From positions 31,868,001-31,932,000 of the forward strand of contig CM060734.1 of assembly GCA_030704615.1 (NCBI GenBank): a DNA stretch of 64,000 bases. Reading direction: 5' to 3'. Positions 51,840 through 63,476 of the stretch are shown in pieces; positions within the stretch are counted from its first letter, which is position 1; each line of letters begins with the position of its first letter. The notes below the pieces were generated by a model. The model was not told where the DNA came from. It saw only the letters and a list, made by a program, of their open reading frames with translations, and did not search any database. Made by a program: the position numbers and the translations under genes. Source of the stretch: Takakia lepidozioides. Lineage: Eukaryota > Plantae > Bryophyta.

Positions 51840-53725
51840 AAGAGAGATAGATGGAGGGGGTGCCTACATTACCCAAAATCGAAAAGAAAAAAACCCAAGT
51901 GGGCTGGGGTGCCTGCGCGCACCAGTGTGGCCAGCCCCCCGTTGCTGGGAATTGCTTGACAGAGATGGTGAGGGAGAGAGAGAGGGTGCCTGCATCACCA
52001 AAAATAACTAAAAAAAAAAATCCATGTGGGCTGGGGTGCCTACGCGCAGCGGGCCAGCCCCCCGTTGCTGCGAATTGCTTGACAGAGATGGTGAGGGAGA
52101 GAGAGAGGGTGTCTGCATCACCGAAAATAACTAAAAAAAAAAACCCATGTGGGCTGGGGTGCCTGTGCGCACCAGCACGGCCAGCCTCCCGTTGCTGCGA
52201 ATTGCTTGACAGAGATGGTGAGAGAGAGAGAGAGAGGGTGCCTGCATCACCGATCAAAACTAAAAAAAAAAACCCATGTGGGTTGGGGTGCCTGCGCGCA
52301 CCAGTGCGGCCAAGCCCCCCGTTGCTGTGAATTGCTTGACAGAGATGGTGAGGGGGAGAGAGAGGATACCTGCATCACCCAAAATCGGAAAAACAAAATG
52401 CTACGTGGGCTAGGGTGGTTGCGAATTCCCCCCCCCCCCCCCCCTCCCCCCTCCTTGCTGCGAATTGCTGCACAGAGGTGGTGAGGGAGAGAGAGAGGGT
52501 GCCTGCATCACCCAAAATTTAAAAAAAAAAAAACCATGTGAGCTAGGGTGGCTGCGAATTGCCCCCCCCCTCCCCCCCCGTTGTTGCGAATTGCTGCACA
52601 GAGGTGGTGAGGGAGAGAGAGAGAGGGTGTCTGCATCACCCAAAATTTTAAAAAATAAAAAACCCATGTGGGCTGGGGTGCCTGCGAATTGCCCCCCCCC
52701 CCCCCGTTGCTGCGAATTGCTACACAGAGGTGGTGAGGGAGAGAGAGAGGGTGTCTGCATCACCCAAAATAAAATAAAATAAAAACCCATGTGGGCTGGG
52801 GTGCCTGCGCGCACCAGCGCAGCCAGCCCCCCCGTTGCTGCGAATTGTTGCACAAAGGTGGTGAGGAGAGAGAGAGGGTGCTTGCATCACCCAAATTTAA
52901 AAAAAAAGAAATCCCATGTGGGTTGCGGTGCCTGCGCGCACCGCGCGGCCAGCCCCCCCGTTGCTGTGAATTGCTGCATAGAGGTGGTGAGGGAGAGAGA
53001 AAGGGTGCCTGCATTACCCAAAATAAAAAAAATAAAAAAAAACCCATGTAGGTTGCGGCGCCTGCACGCACCAGCGCAGCCAGCCCCCCCGTTGCTGCGA
53101 ATTGCTGCACAGAGGTGGTGAGGGAGAGAGAGAGAGTGACTTCATCACCCAAAATCAAAAAACAAAAATCCATGCGGGCTGGGGTGGCTGCGCGCACCGG
53201 CGCGGCCAGCCCCCCGTTGTTGCGAATTGCTTGACAGACAAGAGGGTGATAGAGAGAGGGTGCCTACCATCACTCAAATTTAAATTAAATAAAAAATAAA
53301 AAATAAAAAAAAACCCCAAAGTGGGCTGGGGTGCCTGCGCGCACCAATGTGGCCAGCCCCCCCCCCCCCCCCCCTTGTTGCGAATTGCTTGACAAAGAGC
53401 ATGCGTGATAGAAAGGGTGTCTGCCATCACCCAAATTTGAAAAACAAAAAGACCGAATAGGCTGGTGTGGCTGCACGCACCAATGCGGCCTGCCTCCCAT
53501 TGCTGCAAATTGCTTGACAGAGAGCATGCGTGATAGGGAGGGTGCCTGCCATCACCCAAATTAAAAAAAAATTAAAGCCCAAGTGGGCTGGTGTGGCTGC
53601 GCGCACCAATGCGGCCAGCTCCCGTTGCTGCGAATTGCTTGACAAAGAGGTAGTGTGAGAGAATGAGAGGGTGCCAGTACCCAAATTCGAAAACCTAACC
53701 AAGCTCAGGTGGGGTGGCTGTAGGG
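51840..53725. repeat. Tandem array of ~15 units of ~125-130 bp inside CACTA #1
   Basis: Unit: (GA)n-GGGTGCCTGCATCACCCAAAAT-(A)n-CCCATGTGGGCTGGGGTGCCTGCGCGCACCAGCGCGGCCAGCCCCCCGTTGCTGCGAATTGCTTGACAGAGATGGTGAG. Confidence 0.92.
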
Positions 53726-54536
53726 TGCTTGCCGAGGAAGGACAGCCGGGGGTGAGTGAGCCAAGCTCGGGTGACCTACCCTGCAGCACATACACACATA
53801 GGCGAGTTAACAGACCGACAGAGGTGGGGGAGCTGGAATCGGCGAGCTCGCCTTGCGAGGAAAAGGAAGACAGAGGGGAGGGTTTGAAGGTGCAAGGAAA
53901 GCAAGGTAAACGAAAGAGAAGGGATCCCTAGCTCACCTCCGGAAGACGCACGGTCGAGGGTGAGCAGCTCAACGTCGGAGCTTGGGAGATTCACAGCCGC
54001 GGCAAATTAAAGCAAGTGGCGCACGAAGCGCGTCTTCCTCCGAGCTCCCCCACGATGAGGTGACCTCTGCACCTCTCACCCTCTTGTTCAAATTCTACCT
54101 TTGCAAGCTGAGTGAAGAGGAGAGGGAGAGGGAGCTGGGCCGTGACAGAGAGAAGGAGGTCACTTGACGATTTTGAATTTTTTTTAATTAACGACGGTAA
54201 TCAAACAAATCGAAATTAGGAAAAGGTTAATCCCGTCGTTGTGTAGCTGCGACCCCCTAGGGGTTGCTTTTAGTACAATTGCATGCACCCATTTCCTGTC
54301 GCTTTCTATTAGCGACCCCCTGGAGGTCGCTTCTGGGGACTTAGAAGTTCTAGAGCCGGATATTGCTAGCTGGTAGTGTGGGCACACATTTCCCATCGCA
54401 TGGTACCTGCGACCCCCAGGTGGTCGCTTCCTGGGGGTTGGAGCTTTTTTGAAAGCATGATGTCTTGTTTCATAGAATTCATATATCTGTTGGATGTGCA
54501 ATTTCAATAGTGAGGTTTTTGGATTTTTTTTATAAG

Positions 54537-56097
54537 TGATAGTACGCTCACAGGCTCGGCCAATCACGGAGGATGATTATCGAAATGTAGTTCCACCCGA
54601 CGAGAACACCTCCAACAATGATGTCCGCATGCTTGATGTACTTCCACCTCTTTCAAGACGTCGTCGACATAGGGATGAGCGGTTGGCGGACGTACCTGGA
54701 GAGCCTCACGTGATTCATGCACAAGGCCTCGAGCATCCCGTTCCACGTCCCAGTTTGCCACCTCAAGGTCCTAGGCCTCTTAGTCCAGAGCCACGAGGCC
54801 CTGATCGAGTCACTTTGTTTTTCCCTCAGGTTGACATAGATAGGGTCCGTGAAACAAGGGGCTTACCCTGTGCTCTTCGATTATTTGGTCGCCGAGCGCG
54901 CAGCCCGCCACCGCTTGCACCAGTGCCTCATCATGATGTCGATATTCCACGTCCATCACCAGTACGCTCTAGTTGTATTAGTCCAACTCCACCTCCTCCA
55001 CCTTCTGATCCTCATCCATCTGTATCTCCTCCTCGTCCATTTTCCACTAGTACACCAGCCCATATAGAGTCACCTGCACCACCTCCACTTTGCATCACTC
55101 CACCAATCCATGAGTCACCTCTACCACCTCCACTTTGCACTAGTACTGCACCGGCCCATGGGTCACCTCTATCACATCCAATTTGCATTAGTACAGCAAC
55201 CCACGAGTCACATCTACTTTCGAGTCCAACCCGTGCACAATCACCTCCCAGCTGCTCACCCGATCAGCCACATATCACTCCACCTCCTAGTTCACATCAC
55301 CAGTCACCCCAACATATTCGGACAGCTGCCCCTTCCCAATCCCAGGCCCCCATAGGTGTCTCACGTGCACGTCCCACCCGGACCCCTAGGAAGTGTAGGC
55401 CACCACCGGTACTTGAGGTACGACGGCCCGATGATCCTAGGGTTACTGACAAGGAGTATAGGATGATGTTGCAGACACCATTCAGGCCTAGCCTTTGGCG
55501 TGCACTAGTGCCTCCGGTCCCCATTCCTCAAAGCCAACCATTTCAGTTTTGGGGCGGCGATATTGTGTGAAAGCCACCACCGATCCTTCCATGGGTCGTG
55601 GGCTATTTGCAATGGAAGATATTGTGGTTCCTCCAGGGAGAGGGCAGACAGTGGACTTATTTCCCTACTTTGGCCCATACTACATGTGGTTCCACTAGAC
55701 GCAAATGCGACGGGTAGCCCCTTGGGTGAGACCTTATGGTCTTTGTGTCAATGACCTCGATGTCTTCAATCGGGTGTTGGACCCTGGAACAAGGGTCATA
55801 TGTGACAGAGATCCCGATGTGTTCGGGAATGTTGCAGGGTTCATCAGTAGTTCAATTGGTAACCCTAAAATGACTAATGTACTATGGGATGAGCGACATG
55901 ACGGGGATGTTAGGCTAGCACAATCGATATCAAATTTTGTTATGACATGTGCATGTACTATGATTCCCGCCGATTCAGAGTTGTTCGCCTCTTATGAGTT
56001 CTCTGATAAGGCTTGGGATGAGAGAGTCCATCGGGAGTGGAGCGAGTTTGACAAACGTTACAAACGTCACTCCCACGGCCGCCAAGGAAACTTGTAG
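54537..56097 (+). pseudogene. Proline-rich protein fused to a SET-domain (lysine methyltransferase-like) module, upstream of CACTA TnpD
   Basis: MGRGLFAMEDI, LFPYFGPYY, GNVAGFISSS..NP..TNV and TMIPADSELFASY correspond to SET motifs GxGxFA, YxG, NxxRFINHS and ELxxxY. One frameshift ~55550 and an in-frame TAG at 55696-55698. Confidence 0.75.
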
Positions 56098-56272
56098 TAG
56101 GGGATGGTGATTAGTCATGTACACATATCATGGCCCCTATTGTGGCACCGGTAGGGATGGTGATTAGGGTTTAGGTTTTAGGCTGAATGTGCCAATGTAC
56201 ATATATTTTTTGGATGCAAATGGAGCAATTCCCAACCATTGTATATTAAATGAATTATGAATGTATTTATAG

Positions 56273-58504
56273 ATCCAAGTACAAGAGCAAATGAGGTCAG
56301 CGAACCCTCCAAGGGGCACGCAGACCGAGGTGGACAACAATACTGGTATTGGCCGCGGAGAACAAGGCCTAGACGACCATATTGCCCAAGACGGCGATCG
56401 ACGAGGTGGAAAATGAATACAATATGGACACTGACGATGTGAGAGCCATGGAGGATTTGTTAATGAACCACTTGGGGGAGGGACAACAAATTGGGGAGGA
56501 TATGGTTTGCCCGGCCACATTGGATGAAGATGTCGACCCAAATCCAATGGAAGCCAAGGCAAAAACAGCCTTGTATAAAGGAGCAAAAGTGAGTCGACTA
56601 TACTGTTGTTGCTTAATTTGCAATCCCGGTTCGGCACAAGCAACATTGGCATATGCGTACAATTGCAGACCACATCCTCGCCCCCCATTTGGAGCATAAA
56701 ATGCCACGTTCTCGAAAAGAGGCAAGACAGGTTCTAGACAGAGTGGGGATGGGCTACAAATTTTCCATGCATGTCCTTGTGATTGCACCTTGTACTATGG
56801 AGAGCATGCGCGTGCTACCACGTGTCCCAAGTGCAAAAAATCTAGATACCGAGATGATGTTCAAGGAAAGAAGATCCCACGAAAGGTACATTTCTCTTAT
56901 ATTCTCTTTCCTGCCATTTATATTTATATACATATATACATGTGTCCACCAATTAATATATCATTTTAGGGTGTAGGGTTTAAGAGGTTGTATCATTCCG
57001 ATATTATTAGGGTATGCATATAGGTTATATGAATCCTTCAACTAATGTAGACTTTACAAAATATCTACATACAAACCTTTGCAAATATATACCCCTCTCT
57101 TACGTACAATATGTGGATCCAAATGACAGAAAGTAAATATTGATATATTTGTTGTGTTTGTGGGGGAGGTTAGAAAATGCATTATTTTCCAGTCATCCCG
57201 CGCTTGAAAGTACAATCGGAGTCCATCATTTGCCCAACTCATGAAGTGGCATGCGGAGCATCATAGCCCTCCTGGAAAGATGTGCGGCACTCACGATTCG
57301 CCGGCATGGAATCACACCGAGGAACAATGGCCTTTTTTTAAGGACGATCCAAGACATGTTCGGCTGGACTTCTCCGCGGATGGTGTAAACCCACATTCAG
57401 TCCAGTCAAGTAGCCATTCAACATGGCCTGTGACTTTGGTTAACTACAACATCCCTCCTTATCTTGCTATCAAGAAGGGTCATATCATGTTGGCTGCCAT
57501 TGTACCAAGTGAATAACACAATTTTTTTTTGTTGCTTTAGGATGTACGTGGTAGTACAATGTCGAATATATATGGAACTAAGAATATCATTTGTTCTGTT
57601 TGAATTTGAAACGATCTTATATATATTGCAAATAATTTGTGTTGTAGGGAAAAAACAAGTTGCAAATATGGATGTGTATATGTGTCCATTGGTTGACGAA
57701 CTCAATATATTTATGGAATGGAGTTCCAGCTTATGATGCATCGGCACCCATTGGCCAACGTTCTTTCCTCTTGCGAGGGCTTTTGCTATGGACAATGCAT
57801 GACTATCCAGGTACATTTTAGTTTGATATTACCTATAATATATATATTCTACCGTATATTATGTGTTTGTATGTGCTCGTCATGATTTTTCTTTAGCAAT
57901 TCATGTTTTTGCTCGGTTCATTGAAATTATACGAGACGACAAATGTTAAATCCCAACTAAATTCATGGTTTTATGCAGGGCTTTCAGTTTGTTCGGGACT
58001 AAGCACAAAGGGGTACGCAGCATGTTCATGTAGTGGGCCGGATAACCTTGATGCAAAGCATTCGAAGAACGTGGCGAAAATGATCTATCCCAACTACCGG
58101 AAAAATTTTCCTCTCAATCATCCATGGAGAACGAGAGACAAGAAATTATTTGATGGGACCGTGGAGAGGAGACCTCCACCCGTGCGTCCCCCCGGGTCAT
58201 TTTGGAAAGCCCGGTGGCAAGAGGTGCTGGAAAAAAAATGCCGGCTCGAGAGGTGTGGCATGTCCCGGCTCTCAATCTTCTACGAGTTCCCTTATTGGGA
58301 AGTACAAGTCCGAAATGCATTGGACCATATATATTTCATTGAATGTCATGACATATTCATATGAAATTGCAGTGAGTTCAGGGTTTATGACAAATTATAT
58401 GGAAATTTCATGATGCGCAGGATCTGAAAATCCGGCACCTCATTGATCCCATGCATATTGAGAAGAATGTGTGTTCATCACTTATTCGTGTACTGGCAAA
58501 CTTA

Positions 58505-58541
<37 letters not shown>

Positions 58542-58985
58542 CGGGGGGAGAATAAACGCGGTGGTGATTCCCTTGGTGTGAGGCGAGAGCTCCAAGCCCA
58601 AAACCGTATGCCACGACTATGGCCTGAAGCTGATGGTGTGGACGTGAACAATGCTCCCAAGTGGAAGTATAGGGCGTCAACTTGGACTTGGACAAAAGAG
58701 TTATACAAGCAAGTGCGGATCACAATACGAGCTATCCGGACCCCGACCAGGTATGGCGCATCTCTACGCAACAAATTTGAGGATGCCACCACTATCCATG
58801 AAGTCTCATGACTACCACAACATTTTGCAAGAATCCTTCCCATTGCAATACGAGGGACACTCCATGAGGGCATTCGAAAAGCCGTCTATCGACTTGCTGA
58901 TTTATTCCGTTGGCTTTGTACAAAAGAGATGGACGAGGCGGATTTTCCACGAATGAAGGAGGAGGCGGCCACGGTCTTGTGTATG
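56273..58985 (+). pseudogene. CACTA TnpD transposase (Transposase_21/tnp2 family), spliced, degenerate, 3'-truncated
   Basis: HDSPAWNH..EQWPFF.DDPRHVRL.FSADGVNP...STWPV.LVNYNIPP, MDVYMCPLVDEL, WTMHDYPG, GLSTKGYAAC, DPMHIEKNVC, KSHDYHNILQ. Confidence 0.92.
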
Positions 58986-59214
58986 ACAATGGTCGACTTC
59001 CTCTAGAATGTCACCGTTTGCCTCAATTGGCTCTCGTTGGTGTCTTCAGTTTATTCCGTGTTTTGGCTATGTGCATGTTTATCTCTTGCATTGTTTTGGG
59101 CTCGTCCCTTACCATCGGGTGTGCATTTGCCTTATGGCCTTCTCGAGGTTTATTTAATTTTTTTCCATTTTTATAAAATTAAGGCTACATAGTGCATATG
59201 TACACATACACACA

Positions 59215-60185
59215 TCAATATATGAAGCCCTCGACGAGCAGGGGTGCACGGGCTTGGTCTCATGATTTTTGGACCTGCGGTGTCTGAGATGTGGAATTTC
59301 AAGTACTTTGGGTCGCTGGAAATTCCCGAAAAATAACAAAGTGGAAATTCCTAGGACAATGGTTGGAGCCTCGAGAGGAGAGATATCAAGGGAAAGGTCT
59401 CCGGTTCAAATCAGGTCGTAAGTTCTGTTAAAAATGATTAGACTTAGATGACTTAGATGACATTGGACACTTGGGCCAACGGCACAAGCTACCCTAGTCA
59501 ATATATGAGGCGTACCACTTTGCTATTTTTCGCGAATTTCTAGCGACCCAAAGTACTTGGAATTCCACATCTCCCACACCGCATGTCCAAAAATCATGAG
59601 ACCAAGCCCGTGCACCCCTCCTCATCACTCTCCTCGTCGAGGGCTTTCCAACGACTCCAAGCACCCGCGCTGGGGCCGCGGTTTGGGAGATCTCAAGGAC
59701 GCTACAAAACAAAACAAAACAAAACAAACATTTCGCTTCATATATTGACTAGGGTAGCCTGTGTCGTTGGCCCAAGTGTCCAATGTCATCTAAGTCATCT
59801 AAGTCTAATCATTTTTAACAGAACCTACGACCTGATTTGAACCGGAGATCTTTCCCTTGATATCTCTCCTCTCGTAAAGTGGTACTTTGGTCACTGGAAA
59901 TTCACAAAAAATAGCAAAAATGGCAAAGTGGGCATTCCTGGGACAATGGTTGGAGCCTCGGTGGGAGAGAGATAAAGGGAAAGGTCTCTGGTCCACATCT
60001 GGTGGTAGGCTCTGTGGAAAAAAAAACTTACTTAGACGACATTGGACACTTGGGCCAACGGCAAAGGCTACCCTAGAGGTTGCATTTGGGCCTCAACATA
60101 GGAGACACACTTTGATACATAGGGGGATTGCACTTGGACTTAGATAGACTTTGGACACTTGGGCCAACGGCACAGTTTACCCTAG
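59215..60185. mobile_element. Composite non-autonomous Helitron cluster
   Basis: Starts A|TCAATATATGAAG (59215) and ends ...GGGCCAACGGCACAGTTTACCCTAG|T (60185). The 3'-end motif occurs at ~59461-59497, 60041-60075, 60151-60185 and inverted at 59749-59785. Confidence 0.75.
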
Positions 60186-60586
60186 TTTATACCAATAATA
60201 TAACATGAAGATGATATTATGTCTTAGATTGATTTTGATTAATGCTGAATATTCCCATGTTATACACGATCATTTCTGAAATCTTGCAGTGCAAGAATAA
60301 TTCATACCTCAAGGATGTCAGGATGATGTCAATATAATTATGTTAACTGATTTTAATGACGAAAAAAAACTTTATGTGGTTCAAGCTTCTAGTACGATCA
60401 AGGTGGAATGTGATAGGTCAACAATATTGAACAACTTAAAATGAAAGTTCTTTGTTATTTATTTTATTTTATTAATCAATTTATATCTTTGTTGGACATA
60501 ATCTATATTTGAGTTTGTGATTCAATCCATTGTTGACTCTTTCAAAAAAATGGAAATTGCATACAAAAATATTATTCGTGATCATA

Positions 60587-63476
60587 TCACATTCTTGAAG
60601 AATCCCGTCCAAAAACAAATCGTTTGGTCCAATCAAAAATGACCAATGTGCGTGTGCGCCAACTCACTTGTTTGCTGGCATAGACAGAGTACCAAAGCCA
60701 TTGTGTGCTTCGCCCAATGGAAACCCAATCTCCAGGAAGCTCGTAAGCTGCCTTTTCTCCTCCCAATGGCGCAAATTGGCCGAAATGTCGATATTGGAAA
60801 GGTTGAAATCTGTGGCGACCTTTTCCGCGGATCCGCATGGGGCCTTCAGGTGCTACATTGTCATGTACCTCAGCTGCCATGTGGTTGAAGCAATTAGCCA
60901 AATATTCTCCTTGTTGTGCTGCCACTTGGGCAGTGGCTGGCATGGATTTCATCTGACTATCAACCTGTCACATCAAATTGTTCGTCACAATATATAATTA
61001 GCTACAAACTAGATAGGAAATTAAATTTATATACATGCATATAAAAAACAAGGGAAAAAAAAAGCACCACCAGTTTGAGTGTTAAAAGCAATAACACATA
61101 ATTAGCTGCTATCATGAGGTTGACATGCATTAAAAAATCAAACTTTTATGGCAATAATATACAACAACTATAAAGTACGATATGTCTACAGGTTTATCAC
61201 TATCTCTAAGTGGTAAATATTATTAATGTAATTCTCACTAAGACCAAAAAAAAAATTATTTTTGTCAATTAGAGGCATATGTGCTTCGCTACAATGTAAT
61301 TATAGGCAAGATAAACAAGTCGACTGTATCTTCTACTAATCTCATGTAACATACATATTAAGAGAATGACTAAAGCAATATTGTGGAGTGACCCCTTCTC
61401 CCTAGGGGAAACAATAAAAACTATCAAGTAGGTTTGGTTTATAATATTATTACTTTCAATCTTCTTGTGTTTGTTGTGGATTGAAGACCTAACATCTTTT
61501 GGCATGATGAACTTTAAATAACTAACATTGAACTACTCTATATCTCAGTCAAGTTGTTTGGATTATTTGCCAATTCATTTTGGAGATGATTTGGCTTTCA
61601 AAATAATTACATAAGGTTGGTTGTTTTGTTGTTTTTCTCGATGTGGGATGTAGGTAAAAAGTATCACGTCTTTAGTGGCACATGTATATATTGACTATAA
61701 AGAAATAAAAAACCAAAGAAAGATACAAAAATTATCCTATAAAAGCGATACAACATGTCACATATACATGTATATATGACACTTCCCCAAGTAAGCATAA
61801 AAACATGTCACAAACTATATAAGTAGGTATATGTGACAAACCTTAGAGATTGCTTGTCTGAAATTCTCCAGCTCAAGCTTGACAGACGATTGACGCCCAT
61901 CTTTTATGGCACCAGCAAGAAGCCCAATTACACCTTTCATTTGTTGGCGTTCCATGTAAATATCTATCTGAGGGTATCGTTGTCTAACTAGTTCCATTGT
62001 GTCAACAAATTCCTCTGCACTTAAAGTACCAGAATTGTCTTTGTCGGCCAACTTGAATAAGAAAGTCACATCTTCCACAATTCGTCGTTGCTCGATGGAG
62101 GCGCAGTCTCCAATACCAAAAGTACCTTCACAATTTTTGACACGGAGCCATTCGTCCGTCGCCAACACTCTCCGGTCGGTTTGTCCGATTTGTGACATAA
62201 AATCAGCCACCACTGGACGAGTGCCAATACCTATACCAATAAATGCACAAAATCAATGGTGGATATGCGTAGTGTTAACTAATCTAAAATCTGCAATAAA
62301 TATGTTTATTAGAATAAATTCAATTTTTATTTGCAATTCTAGAGTAGATTGTCATCCTCTAAACAATGAAGCGAAAGTAGAGAAACTACTCATTTAGATT
62401 TTAGATAATGAGATGACAACATTTATAAATTGATATATGAAGAGGTCAAATGGAGGGTATAAATAAATATCGATATAAATTATTTAATAAGATTACTTGA
62501 AAGTCAACGAGCTAGCACTTGCAAGGAGTTTGTTTCATCTATTTTGCAAGGTCCCGTTAGACAATAGTCATCTAAATTATATCAAAATTAAAAGACTAAT
62601 AAATATATAAATACTTTATTTTATTTAGAATAAAGTATCAAGGATCATTCCTATGTCAAGGAGGTTTTGATTACATTTGTTTCATCCATCGGAGAAGTTT
62701 TTACTCAAGTATCTTCAGAGATTTTCCAAAGAAACAAAACAAAGAAGAAACTATAAAGCACATGAATACAATCTGAATAAGTATACGGTATTGTTGGTAT
62801 TGTCAGGTTTGTAGATATAATATTAGAATATTCAAAACAAGAAAGTTTGTTCATCATCTCCATCTTGGGTTATACTTTACATCATAATTTGATATTCTTA
62901 TTTTAATTTATAAATTAGCTGTTATAACATACTCAATACATTAAATAGATCATTTTATAGGATTATTCGTCAAATTTTGTAAAAACAAATCTTAAACATT
63001 GTGGAATAAGCTCCCAATGTTGAATTGAAGAACATATGATGGGAGACCTAATTATCTTTTATATTCAACTGATTCTAAGTTTCATACCAGTTATAATACG
63101 TGAAATGCACTGTTCACAACATCACTGGATGGACATATTACCAGTAGACCAGACAATCATGCCATATGGTACATTCATAAGTTGGCCTGTCGACTTGACC
63201 TTGAAAGAAATATCACCCTCATTCACTCCAAGCACCCGACATCCTGTCTTGACATCTATGCCCTCTCTTGTGAATTTCTGTTCTGCATATTTGCTGATTC
63301 GTTCATCATACGTATTGAGAATATGGTCGCCTGATTGCACAAGTGTGATCTTTACGTCGTTGTGTAAATGCGGATAGAGGTTTAAGAGATCTTCATGGAT
63401 TAGATCATGGAGCTCGGCTGCAAACTCGACACCCGTGGGACCTCCTCCCACCACCACAAAGCTAAGCAATTTTTGC
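60587..63476 (-). CDS. NDB: External type II NAD(P)H dehydrogenase NDB (EF-hand); 3' exons complement(join(60587..60964,61842..62230,63142..63476)); 5' exons not identified, presumably beyond the window
   Basis: FVVVGGGPTGVEFAAEL, ITLVQSGDHILN, VWSTGIGTRP, IGDCA, EF-hand DKDNSGTLSAEEF, PATAQVAAQQG.YLA, FQYRHFGQFAPLGG, WLWYSVYASKQVSWRTR, FGRDSSRM. In-frame GT-AG introns. Confidence 0.93.

Larger units (their letters stand above)
40041..58985. mobile_element. Large CACTA (En/Spm) element #1; left end at 40041, right end not found (truncated)
   Basis: Starts CACTACAGCAA, followed by ~1 kb of GCGACCCC/GGGGTCGC subterminal motifs and ~63-bp tandem units. Contains TnpA-like and TnpD-like sequences; the same palindromic motif recurs at 54249-54427. 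Confidence 0.72.

Noticed and set aside
51840-53725. CRISPR-like array
   Set aside because: Whole units are homologous with no unique spacers, no cas genes are present, and the context is eukaryotic; it is a tandem repeat.
51454-53795. Many overlapping ORFs of 80-267 aa
   Set aside because: They are translations of the tandem array and have no protein motifs.
58508-58547. Long poly-G tracts (also 40053-40080 and ~26618-26637) as functional G-quadruplex elements
   Set aside because: Pure homopolymers in decayed TEs; their length may reflect slippage or sequencing error.
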